Source: Geosiphon pyriformis uo1 (lineage: Eukaryota; Fungi; Glomeromycota). Taken from it: a stretch of 64,000 nucleotides of DNA. Below the pieces are notes generated by a model. It did not search any database. It was not told the origin of the DNA and saw nothing but the letters and a program-made list of their open reading frames with translations. Position 1 is the first letter of the stretch. Each line of letters starts with the position of its first letter. Both the position numbers and the translations under genes were made by a program. The stretch lies in the NCBI GenBank assembly GCA_016748015.1, contig JAAOMT010000275.1, positions 248,001-312,000 of the forward strand, given 5' to 3'. Positions 51,450 to 64,000 of the stretch are shown here, in pieces.

Positions 51450-54400
51450 TCTGGCAGAAAAATGCTAAGAGCATAGCATTCTAAACACCATTGGTCATCA
51501 CAAGACATAACACATTTTTCACATAATTGAATGTTTATTTGCTCTAATTGTTGAATTTGAGCTTTTTTGGTTGGATATGTGTGGCTTGCAATTTGGTAAT
51601 AGGTTTCTATTTCATCTTCATAATTAAATTCAGCTAATTCCATTGTATATTCAATATATTCAGCTTTTTTCATTTGGCAGACATTTTCTTGTATAGCTTT
51701 ATTAATTAAAGCCATTGCTAGGTCAAAGATCATTTCAGCATTATAAGGGTAGTGATAGAATTTGTTAAGAGCACTGTTGTATGCTGCATCAAATAGTATT
51801 CCTCTTTTAACTTTTTCTGAGATTAATAGGGCATATTAACAGGTTTGATCACATACTTCTCCTCTCATTACAACATCATTCCAGTTGTATTCTTCTGGTA
51901 GTATGTCTCTACATGTAAGACAAAATGTGTTATCTCATTTTCCACTTTTTTTTGGGAATCCAAATCGTTCTCTATGGCATGTCTTGCAAAAGTAGCAGGT
52001 GCAAGTTTCATATTCCTCTTCTGAAGAAATACAGACTTCCATAGAGGAAAGCTTCTTTTTACAATCTTTGCATTTTAGTAGAATGTATAATGGTTCTTTT
52101 TGTGGTTCTGGTGTGAAATATCTAACTTTCTTCCATCCTTTTGATTTTTCAAAAATCTCTTGTTCTGTTTCCTTAACCCAATTGGATGTTGATCCAAAAG
52201 CCATGTAGGTTTCAGTGAGTGGTATTTCTTTCCCCTTTTCAAATTCAAATACTGGGGCTTTTTCTGATCATTTGTTGAAAGTACAAGTAGCAAGTATTAT
52301 AGTGTATTGTCCTTGGTAGAAGATTTTTAATTCCTGGGTTTTTCAGTCTAAGTTTGCATTGGCCTTAAGAAGCCAATTATTTCTGACCAGAGCTTGGTAT
52401 TGGAGTGCATCCATAACTAGAACTTTGACTGGAATGGTGATTCCATCAATAGTAAATGAGAAATTGTCAATTTCTTCTACTGGTGTCTTTTTCATATCAT
52501 TTGCTATAACAATTACAGTTTGGGCTGGTCTGTTAACAGTTCTTTGAAGCTGTTGCATTAACTGGTAAGTAATAATACTTCCAGCTGATCCACTGTCTAG
52601 AATTAATCAGATGGATTTTCCTTCTACTGTAGCTTCAGTATACATGGCAGTGATAGCTTTTTGCTTATTAATTGCTGCATTGCTAAGCAAGAATGGTAAT
52701 TTATTTGCTTCAAATTCGAATGGAAATATATCTGAAAGGTTAGCATTTTGGGCAATTTGGGCTGATAGAATGGTGTTGTTGGAAGAGTTTGATTTTGGTG
52801 CTGCAACTTTATCTTCAGAAAGTGCAGTTTGTTGAAAATCCGATCCCTCTGACATTGTAAAGTAACTGAGTTGAGTGTGATAGTGGTTGGGTCTTTGCTG
52901 ACCAGAATTTCAGAGAACTAACTGGTTATTTGGGTTGATTCTGTTGTTATTATTCTGAAATTGATTTTGGGATGTGAATTGGTTATGCTGAACCAATCTT
53001 CTGGCTGGTATTTGATATTGTTGAGTGGGTGGTGTTTGATATTGCTGAATTGGTAAAGGTTGCTAATATTGTTGCTGTATTAGTTGTGGAGCTGGTTGAT
53101 AGTAATTGTTTTGATTTTGTGGTCTTGGTGAGTAATAAGTTTGTGGTGGAAGTTGGTAATAAAATTGTTGTGGTAAAGAGTAATATTGATTACTCTTGTT
53201 TTGTTGGTCTCTTTGTAATTTTTTGCAATCTCGTTTCCAGTGTCCTAGAATTTCACAATAATAACAATTTTGAGATTGGTTATTAGATGGTGAACCAAAA
53301 TTGTTTTGGTTATGTTATTGTGATGGTTGATATCTTTGTGATTGTTGTTATTGTTGTTGGTTTGTAAAGTAGTTTTCAACTTTTTTTGTGAGTTGGTCTA
53401 TTTTTTCTTCAGCTGTTGAGCTGGTTTCTCCAATAACTAGGTTGACAAGTTTGGTGTGATTTGCTTCTTTTATAACCATTTCATAGTTCTTTACATGTCT
53501 AATGACTGTTGCTAAGTTTTTTGAAGCATGTGAGCAAACTTTCTTGATTAATTTGTCTTTTAATCCTGCTATAAACTGATCCAGAATCTGGGCATCAGAA
53601 TAGTATTCATTGGTTTCCAATTGTCAAATTCATTGAAGAAGTTTGTTAAATCTTCCCAGATAGGTCATAACAGTTTCAGATGTTTCTTGTTTGATATTGT
53701 GAAAGCAATTACAAAGAGTGATAGATGTGTTGTTGTCAGTGAATTGTTGTAAGAAAGCATCTTTAAATACTTGCCAGTTTTCAAATGGTTTTCCTTAATT
53801 TTCAAACCATTCTCCTGCAGTTCTTTAGAGAAAGTATAAAATTGCTTTGAGTATTCTTGCTGCATTCCAACCATTTGCATCTCCTGCTTTTTAAACTTTG
53901 TCAAGCCATTCTTGAGGGCTGGTATCATTGTTTTCACCAGTGAATTTTGGAATCTTTGCAATATAAGCAGTTGTCATTTCTTCTTTGTTTTCTGTGGTTT
54001 CTTTTTGTTCTGATTCAGTTTCTTTACTTTCTAAGTTTTCTGAAAGATTACTTTTAATTTCCTGTAAATAATCAATAATATTAGTGCTTATTGATATGGA
54101 TTTCTGCTGTTAAGTAGGATTTCTAGGTGACTAATAATCTTCTGGTCTGGAGAAATGGTTAAGTAGTGAATTTGGTGTTTGTGGTTAAGCAAGTGAAATT
54201 AGAAATAGTGTAATAAAAAGTGGTAATTTGACACTGGTTCTTTGTTCAGGCATTTGCAAGTGTTTGGCAGTTGTCTTTGGTAGTATTGGAGTGTTTGGAG
54301 TGGTTTTTGAGTATTGTTTTACTTTTTGTTTGCCTTTGTTGCTTGGTTCAGTTTTTGATTCAAAGTCAAAAGAGTATTTGAACTGTACTGAGTATTTTTT

Positions 54401-54693
54401 TTCACAATACTCAATAATGTTAAAATTAAGTTTTTGGAAATAAATAGCAAGTGTTTCACTGTTCAGGTCTTCTGTTCTCAATTGTGAATAGTGCACTAAA
54501 TTATTGTAGAGGTTATTTTTAGATTCTGATATGTTGTAATTTCCAAAAGATAATTGTTGATATGGTTTTCAATGTATTGGTATACTAATTTTTTGACAAC
54601 TTCAATTTCGTCTGGGATGTTAAATCTTTGCTTGCAGTGGGTGTAGATTAACTGATAATACTCTAGAGTTTCTGTGTCTGATGTGGTTGCCAC
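51450..54693 (-). pseudogene. E gag, protease and Cys-rich region
   Basis: MTTAYIAKIP, CYYCEILGHWKRDC, LILDSGSAGSII, CKDC/CYFCKTC/CLTC/CxxC. Confidence 0.88.
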
Positions 54694-54738
54694 TTTGAAT
54701 TTGTTGTTGCTGTGTTATTTCTGTGGAAGAGCACCAAA

Positions 54739-55708
54739 TGTTACCAGAGGTTTTTGGTCTCTTTTCTTTAATGTTGTTAATGTTAATTTGCTGTGAATTC
54801 ATGTTTCCAGAAAGTAATTGAACCTCCAGTAACTGAATTTATCTTCAAATTATCTCCTATAATTTGAACTGCTAGGCTTATAAGTAGAATGACCAATTCC
54901 TTGCCAGTTACTTTATGTAGTTACATTGTAGTAAATGTCAATTCTTTTCCAGAAATTGCTTGTCTAGAAGCTCATTAAAGATGTGTAGTTACTTTGCTGT
55001 AAAAGTTAACTCTTTTACAGAAATCTCGTCTGTAGGCTACCTTAATGATTATAATAAGAAAAGAAAAGAAAAATAAAAGAAATATAAAAGAAATAAAATT
55101 TTATCAAGAGAAACGTTTTCTATTCAGGCCTGGAGTTACTAACAGATTATTGAAATTGGTAGCTAATCAATTTCAAAACGTTAGTTGTGTTGAGGGAATT
55201 TCAAGTGTAATAGTTTAAGAATTTGGTTTTCGAATATTTAATTTTTATTTGAATATGTAAAAGGTGATTTGTTTTAATTAAGATATCTAAAGTAGAATGC
55301 TATGTTAAGATACTATAAGAAGATACATTTTCTTGAAGAGAGAAGCTTTTTTTTATACAACTTGTTGTAGTACTAGTCTTTGAACTTGCACTTTTCTTTT
55401 TGCTATAATTTGGGTGAACTAAAGATATATTTCGGCAAACTACAAATTATTTCACTGAACTATTGATTATTTCGGCCAATTTTCATTAATTTTGGCGAAT
55501 TTTGACTATGTTAAATAGTTCAGGGTATTGTGTAATTTGATCATCTTAATTTCTTAAGTACAAATCGGATTATTGATTGAGTAATGATATTTGATAATTT
55601 GATTAAATAATAAGTGATAATTGAAATGATAATAATATATGCTAATTAATAATAGGAATTATAAGAGTAATTTCATGCTAATTAATAGTTAAAATTCTAC
55701 TGGTAACA
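54739..55708 (-). repeat. E 5' LTR (970 bp)
   Basis: TGTTACC...GGTAACA. Confidence 0.95.
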
Positions 55709-55906
55709 GTGCAAATTGTGTCATTTTTTTTCTGGTTTGGATGGTGATGCTTATGTTAGCATAGGTGTATAGTGTTGTCTTGTTTGGCCAAAGTGGCTGG
55801 CCACATGTAGTTTGTGCATGAGCTGTATTTAGTTAGTTTTACTTAGTTTGGTTCTATATACTAAATAGTGGTTGGGCTTCACTCGTTAAATCTGTAATAA
55901 AAAAAA
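55709..55906 (+). mobile_element. LINE3 3' end (last ORF2 codons, 3'UTR, A tail)
   Basis: KLCHFFSGLDGDAYVSIGV* (stop 55770-55772) and a 3'UTR homologous to LINE1/LINE2. Confidence 0.9.
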
Positions 55907-56880
55907 TATATTTTAATTGTTTGTTTTTTTTAGTATTTAATATTGTAATCAAATTTGGTTAAATAAATAATTCAGCAAAAAAATTTTTTATGGTCTAGTT
56001 TTTTTTTGTTTTTCAATCAAATTAAAGCTTAATAATTAATATATACATCAAATTTTTTTTATAAAATACTTATTTCAGTAATTTGTAAAATATACTATTA
56101 TTAAGCATATTTTTTAGTTATTGTATAATTTTTCTCTGTTTGTTATAAAGTTTTACTATCATAAACTATAATTTGTTTCTTTTTTTCATTATTTTTTTGT
56201 AATAAAACAGCACTAAGAAAAACATCAAAAACATTAGTATAAAGAATAAATGATTTATTAAAGCTTAATTGTTTTAAAATTAGTTTAATATTAGTTTTTT
56301 TTATAGTTTTAAATATTTTTTGTTAAAAAAGTGATTTAATAATAATTGACATTTTTTCTTAAGAGCTAATTAAGCAGATATGTAATTTTAAAGAAATTTT
56401 TAATAAGCTTTTGATAGTATATAGCTAATTTAAGAAAAGATTATAGCTTAGAAATATTTATTAATTGTTTAAGTTTTTGTATTTTTTCAACTTTAATTAG
56501 ATTTGAAAAAATTCTATTTTTTGTCACAAAATGTCCCAAAAACTGAGTAGACTGTTTTCTAAAAAATAATTTAATGAGATTGATTTTGAGTTCAGTATTT
56601 TTCAAAAAATCAAAAACTTTTTAAAAAAATTTTAAGTATTTATTCCAAGTTTTTAAATATACAATTATATTATTAAAATACACAGAAATAAAATTTTGAT
56701 GCTTTGATCTAAATACTTTATTTTAATTTTTAAAATATAGATAAAACATTTATTAATCCAAAAAGCATTACTGTAAATTTATTGTTATAAGTAAATTTGA
56801 TTAAATATAATTATAATATTTGGTACTATTACTTAAATAAAAAAAACATAATTAATACATAATAATATAAAAAAAATAAA

Positions 56881-56946
56881 ATAACACAAAATAATTCAGA
56901 ATAATGCAAAATAATACACAATAATATGAAATAGCACAGAATAATT
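56881..56946 (+). repeat. 10-bp tandem repeat (ATAAYRCARA-like, ~6.5 copies)
   Basis: ataacacaaa ataattcaga ataatgcaaa ataatacaca ataatatgaa atagcacaga. Confidence 0.7.
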
Positions 56947-58705
56947 AATTATAATATAAAATAGCTAATTATAATATAAAAAAACAAAGCAATAATAAAA
57001 ATAGTAAACAATAATTAATAATAATAAATAATTAAAAGCAATTTTGTAAAATTAAAAAAAATATATAAAAATGAGTAGTTTTAGCAAATGAAAATAAAAA
57101 GAAGACAAAAACTAATTTTTTTTTAAATATTTTATATTAAAACTTAATAAATTTTTTTATCTTATTTTTCTATATATTTTTATTAATTACTAAATAAAAT
57201 ATGATTTAATTTACTTGTATATAATACCAAAATTTGTGTTGTTAAAATCAAATTAATTATTTTTTTACTTTTATTTTAAGTTAGATACTATTAATATTAA
57301 CAACTTTAAAATTTTAATAACTTGAACCAATTGTTTTTAATTATGACAATTAATAATACTAATTTCTTTTTTCTTTTTTCTTGTTTTTTGTGAAGTAATA
57401 ATATTAGAAATTGACTGTTTAAGAATAGACTTTATAATAACTTGATAAAAGAAAAAAGCTTTTAAGTTTGAATATTAATTTTATTTTGTTAATTTATTAA
57501 AAAGACAAAAAGACAATATAAGATCTTAGTAACTGCATTTGACTAGCTTAGAAAAATAGCTTATATTTACAATTATAAACTGCCAAAATATATTTCTGTA
57601 TCTTATAACCAAAAAATTTTATAAGTAAATTTACATATAGCAAAAATCTTTAAAAATTAATAATTTTAACATGCTTTTTGTATATTTAAAGAAAACTTTA
57701 TAGCTTTTTTACTTAACTTTAAAGCACCAAATATTATTATAATACTTTACTAAGTTTATTTATAATATTTAGTGCTTTTTGTAAAATTATGAAATTTACA
57801 AAAACAAAACACTTTAAAAATTCACAAAATTAATAACTATTGAGACTATAAAAAAAGATTATTTATTGTTTAAAAAAACATTATATTATCATTTTAAAAA
57901 AAACTTAAAAATATTAACAAAGACTATTATTGTCAAAAAGTAATTTTTTTTATTATGTACATATTAAGATTAACTATTTATTAGACCAAACAACAAATAC
58001 AGAAAAATCTAAAGAATAAATTCACTAAAAATTTTTAGTATATTCAATTTTAATCACTATAAAAACTATAATTAAGACTTTTTTTCTTAATTAACAAAGA
58101 AATTAAGTTATACATTCAAAAATAGTACTCTTAGTTAAAAAAAACATTAAAACCCAACTCTAAAAAATTCAAGTTTAATTTTAATAATAATACACAAATT
58201 ACACAAAAAAAGCTTTATTTATAGTTAATAAAAAATTAAGGTTTTTTTTACCAATAATTTTTTCATATTATCAGACTTCAAAAAACAAAATTTTACTTAA
58301 TTAATCTACCAAATTACAATAAAAAACTTCAAAATTTTCTAAAAATCTTTATTCTTGAGACTTTAATTAAAATTTTTAGATTAAATTTTTAGAAAAATAT
58401 AAATCTTTGTTTAAAAGTTTTATTCTAGTAATCAATAATCTAGTTAGAAGCACTTTCTCTTGAGCATAATTTTTATTATAACTTTTAACTAAATTAACAA
58501 TTACTTTTTTAAGAGAAACATTTTTATTACAATTTATTATAACAATCAACAAAAAAAAACCAGCTTTAAATTTAACAAAACAATTAAACATATTTTTTTT
58601 AATATCTTTTTTATTAATAAATAAATAAATCTCTATTACTTAGATTATGACTTATAGAGACATTATTAAACTAGAAAAATTCTTTGGTAAAGAAAAAATA
58701 CATAT

Positions 58706-61700
58706 TGTTATTAGTAGAATTTTAGTTATTAAATTAGCATAAAATTATTTTATAATTTCTATCATTAATTAACATATATTATTATTATTTTAATTATCAA
58801 AGAGCACAATTCAATTAATAATCCGATTTGTATAATACACAATTGTAATAATCAGATTATACAATATCTTAAATGCTGTAATATTCAAAAATTTACTAAA
58901 ATTTGTAAAAAATTCACAAAAAATTACCAAAATTATTCATAGTTTATAGAAACAATTTGTAGTTTGTTAAAATATATTGTTAGTTTGTCAAAATTATAAT
59001 AAAAAAAAGTTCAAGTTCATAGACTAGTATTATAACAAGTTGTATAAAAAAAGCTTTTTTTTTTAAGAAAATATATTTTATTTTACTTTAGATTTATTTT
59101 TATTATTATAATTCAAAATAAAAAATATTTTGAAAAATCAATTCTTAAAATATTTATACTTGATATTTTCTGAAATTTAACTAATATTTCAAAATTAATT
59201 AGTTATTAATTTTAGTCATCTATTAGTAATTCCAAGTCTGAACCAAAAACAATTCTCTTAATAAAATTTTATTTCTTTTATCTTTCTTTTATTTTATTTT
59301 TTCTTTTATTATTATAATTATTAAGATAGTCTATAAACAAAGTTCTTATAGAAAAGTTGATTTTCACAACAAAGTAACTACATATTTTTAATGAACTTTC
59401 AGACAAGCAATTTCTGGAAAAAAGTTAATGTTTATTACAACATAACTATACAAAATAACTGACATAAAATTGGCCATTTTACTTATAAGTTCAGCAGTTC
59501 AAATTATAGGAAATAATTTGAAAATAAATTCAGTTATTGGAGGTTCAACTACTTTCAGGAAATATGAATTTGCAGCAAACAGATATTAACAATATATAAA
59601 AAAAACACCAAAAACTTTTAATAATATTTGGTGCTTTTCTATAGATTAACACAGCAACAACAACTTCAAAATAATAACTGCATTAAACATAAAAACATTA
59701 GAGTACTATTAGTTAATTTATACTCACTGCAAACAATAATTTGGAATTTAAGACAAAATTACAGCCTTTAAAAAAACACTTTTTTAATACATCAAAAATC
59801 AAATCTATAAATATCTTTTTGGAAATTATAATATTACAGAAATTAAGTAAAATCTTCTTAAAAATCTTATCTACTACTTAAATAGAGATTCAAAAAACAT
59901 TAGTGTTAATGGTTGTGTTACTTATTTTGAAGAACTTGATTATAATATTATTAAGTTTTATGAAGAAAAGTACTCTGCCAACTTACAATTTATCTTTAAA
60001 CTTGAATCTAAACTTGAAACAAACAAAAAAGACAAAAAAAAACACACAATCAGTTTAAACAACACTTAATATATCAAAGACAATTTTTTAATACTTGCAG
60101 ACACCAAAACAAAAAACTAATTCAAAATTACCATTTTTAATTACATACTTTCTAGCTTTATTTACATAAACTTATACATTAAATTTACTACTTAATTATT
60201 TTTCAAAACCAAAAAACTTTACATTACCAAAAAGCCCAACACAATAGCCAGAACAAATTTTTATTAGCACAAATTTTCTCAATTTTTTAACAAAAAACCA
60301 GAGTAATTATTTTAATAGCAATAAAGACATTTCTAAATTCATTGAAAAAAAACAACTAAAAATGAAGATACAAAAGAAATAACAACCATTTATATTACAA
60401 AAATTATTGAATTTACAGAGAAAAATATTAAAACCAGTTCTTAAAAATGGCTTGATAGAATAGAAAAAGCAAGAAATAAAAATAAATAAAATACAACCAA
60501 AATGTTAAAAGCAATTTCTTACTTTTTTTAAGGAACAGCTAAAGAATAATTTGAGAATTTGGTTAAACTATTTAAAAATTGGCAAGCATTTAAAAATGCT
60601 TTCTTAAAACAATTTACCAATAATAATTCATTTATTACTTTTCAAAACTGATTTTCAAACATTAAAAAAGAACTATCTAAATCTATTATAACCTATCTTG
60701 AGAAATTCAACAAACTCTTTTGACAAATTTTACAATTGAAAAACAATAACTACTATTCTAATGTCCAGATTTTGGATCAATTTATTGTAAAATTAAAAAA
60801 CAAACTTATTAAAAAAATTTGCCTACATGCTTTTAAGAATTTAGCCATAGTTATTTAACATATAAAAATTTATGAAATAGCAATAAAAAAAGCAAACTGT
60901 ACCAAACTCATCAATCTTACAATTAACAAAACTAGCTTAGCAGTTAAAAAAAAATCGACCAATTAACTAAAAAAGTAGAAAACTATTTTACTAATCAACA
61001 ATAATAGCAACAATAAAAGTATTAATTTACTTAATAATGATCTTAAAATAATTACTTATTATTATTAAACAACCAAAACCAAAGCTGTCACTATTGTAAA
61101 ATTCCAAAACACTAGAAATAAGACTGCCAAAAAATACAATGAAACTAACAACAAAAAAAGAATCAACATTATTCTCAACCTTAGCAATCCTATTACCAAC
61201 TACTACTATTAGCTTATTATTTATCAAGATTAAAAACAATTACTACCAATCTGCTTTACAACTAATATTACAATAATATTAAGAATCTCTACAACTTTGA
61301 CAATATTAATTCTAATATGCATAAAACTACCAAGTATTTACTTAAAGATTGGTTTAACAAAACCCAATTTACATCACAAAATTAATTCTAAAATAACAAC
61401 AGAATTAATACTAACAATTAACTAATTTCCCAAAATTCAGTAGAATAAAAGTTTAACTACTTTTATATGCAATCTAACTATTTAACAATACCCAAAAAAT
61501 TGGATTTTTATCAAACTGCACTTTTCAAAAATGAAACTATAGCACTAGGACAAAACTTTTTTAACAACAATCATACAATTCTACTAGCTAAAATTGCTGA
61601 AAATGCCAATCTTTTTGATATCTTTCTATTTAAATTTGAAGCCAATAAATTACCATTTTTGTTTAGCAATACAGTAATTAATAAACAAAAAGCAATCACA

Positions 61701-62843
61701 GTTATATATACTGAAGCTAAAGTAGAAGAAAAACAAATCTGATTAATTTTAAACAGTAAATCTGCTAAAAGTATTATTACTTACTAATTAATACAACAGC
61801 TACAATAAAATATTAACAGATTTGTCCAAACAGTTATTATTATAGTAAATAGTATAAAAAAAACACCAGTAAAAGAAATTAACAATTTTTTATTCATTAT
61901 TGATGAGATTATTATTTCAATTAAAGTTTTTGTCATAAATACATTCAATATCAAGCTCTTGTTAGAAACAATTAGTTTCTTAAGACCAATATAAATTTAG
62001 ACCAGAAAACTCAAAAACTTAAAATTTTATACTAAGAATAATATACCAGAGTATTTGCTACTTGTAGTACTTTTAACAAATAATCAAAAAAAGCTTCAGT
62101 ATTCGAATTTGAAAAGGAAAAAAATAAACCAATTACTGAAACCTATATGGTTTTTGAATTAATATCTAATTGGGTTGAAAAAACAGAACAAGAGATTTTT
62201 GAAAAAACCAATAGTTATAATACTTTATATTCAAGACCAAAATTAAGAAAACAACTCTTTTATATTCTACTTAAATGCAAAAACTGCCACAAAAAGCTTT
62301 TATCTATGGGAGTTTATATATTATCAAAAAAAAAATATGAGATATGTACTTGCTATTATTGTAAGTCCTGCTATCAAAAATGATTTGAATACCCCAAATG
62401 AAGTGGAAAATGTGACAACACACTTTGTTTTATATATAGAAAATTACTATTAGAGGAATGTAATTGGATTGATCTTACAATAAGAAAAAGAGTATATAAT
62501 TAAACCTACTAATATGCTTTATTAATTGCTAAAAAAGTTAGAAATAAAACTCTTTTTAATATAGCATACAACAACACTTTTAATAAATTTTATTATTATT
62601 TACATGATGCCAAAATAATCTATAAATTAACTATAATTCTAATTAATAAAAAAAGCCAAAAAAATATTTACCAGATAAAAAAATCTGAATATATTGCATA
62701 TATTTTTGAAATTGCTAAATACAACTATAAAAATAAAATTGAAATCTACTACTAAATTACAAGTCACATATATCTAACCAAAAAAGCTCAAATTCAACAA
62801 TTAAAACAAATAAATATTCAGTTATATGAAAAATATATTATGT
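58706..62843 (+). mobile_element. Gypsy element G (C/E-related), heavily mutated 5' half
   Basis: 5' LTR 58706-59626 is the reverse complement of the C/E LTR type. PBS 59629-59645. Gag, PR and Cys-rich remnants, cut by H. Confidence 0.9.
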
Positions 62844-64000
62844 TGTTACAAGTGATATTTGAATAGTTGAAATAAATAACAAACTCATAACTTGGTGCTT
62901 AATTGCTGATATAATTGGTAATTTTTGAAGATTTTGGTATCTGAAAGTTTTGGTTTCTAAAGGTTTTGGTTGAGTTTTTTGTCTAATAGACAAAGATTCA
63001 GGTGTTGTTTTATTTATAGTTTTTTGGAATTGCAATTCTATTGAATTTTTTTCTTAGTGTAGTGGCTGATAATTCTTTAATAAATAATTCTTAAGTCTAA
63101 GTGTCTATCTTCTTACAAAGATCTTTTACTAAGCAATTTTTGATGTTAGTAACTTAGTACTTAATTTTTAATCAATTAGTAAATAAAAACAAAATAAAAA
63201 AAATAAAAAAAAATAAAAAAATAAGCCAAGACAAGAAAGAATTAGTATCTTGTCAATAATCATAATTAAGAGTTATTGGTCTAATATAGTTTTAAGTATT
63301 AGTAATTATCAACATAAATTGTTGATAATGAAAAGATGAATTGCAATATTTTAATAAATATGTTATTAATATTTGATGTTTTTACTTCAAGTCATAAAAT
63401 ACTATCATATAAAAGAATAAGTATGAGATTAGAACTGAAGATTTTAAACTAAAAATTCTGTTCTTTCTGCTTTTAACACTACTGCTATATATACATAAAT
63501 TTTGTTATATGAGATTTCTTAAATTCCTCAATTTTTTAGCCAGAAATCCTAGAATTTCTAAAATCTTACAATTTTTTATACTAGAATTCTGTAATTCTGG
63601 AATTTTGCAATTTCTCTGAGAAGAATTCTAGAATTCTATTTTTACTGTGTTTTATTCTAATTGGTTAATTTGTACTAATATATAATTTTTATATTCTATA
63701 AGTAACATTATTTTCTCCTTTTAATATTGAGTTTCATCATGATCTTTTATATCTTCTAATTTTCTTTCTTTGATTAACTTCTGAACTTTTTTTTCGAGAA
63801 TTACTTAAGTTATTTTGATCTGTAATTCTTCAAATTAGGCATTGGTTATTTTTTTAATTGGTTGATAATAATTGTATTTATTGCTGGATTAAGTAATATT
63901 GCTAATCAATCTTAAAATCTTGTGTGTAGTTGATATATGGCTTGTGCCTGTGTGAACAGATTGTTTTTTTCCACAATTTGTTTGATTTCTTATAGTATTG
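62844..64000 (-). mobile_element. Gypsy element H (A-related): 3' LTR 62844-63707, PPT, ORF3 C-terminus; continues beyond window
   Basis: TGTTACAAGTGAT...AGTAACA like the A LTR. 63721-64000 is homologous to 3492-3775. Confidence 0.9.

Larger units (their letters stand above)
46162..55708 (-). mobile_element. Ty3/Gypsy element E (RT core deleted)
   Basis: Paired LTRs, PBS TGGTGCTCTTCCACAG (54721-54736), gag-PR-Cys-dUTPase-RT-RH-IN-ORF3. Confidence 0.95.

Noticed and set aside
52780-52845. G GAT TTT plus downstream hairpin at the E gag end as a frameshift site
   Set aside because: Gag and protease are already in the same frame in A, C, E and G. A terminating -1 shift is conceivable but unsupported.

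Overview
Gene-free, very AT-rich eukaryotic DNA made almost entirely of nested, decayed retrotransposons. It is most likely fungal heterochromatin, and a Glomeromycotina/Mucoromycota-type genome is my unverified impression. I resolve eight Ty3/Gypsy LTR elements or fragments (A 2839-17902, B 11397-16559, F ~20563-29648, C 29649-47134, D 34412-42004, E 46162-55708, G 58706-62843, H 62844-end). There are also three APE-RT-RNaseH LINEs (LINE1 split by A, full-length LINE2, 3' end of LINE3) and two apparent ORF1-only non-LTR elements. All reading frames are broken, mostly by C>T/G>A transitions, and most AT deserts are recognisable hypermutated element copies. Comparing the families reveals a shared, unusual architecture: (1) a probable GUG-initiated, AUG-free N-terminal Gag extension; (2) a Cys-rich domain plus dUTPase between protease and RT; (3) integrase in its own ORF after a conserved stop; (4) a conserved non-Env ORF in the env position. 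No host gene, tRNA, rRNA or CRISPR array is supported. All alignments were done by eye.
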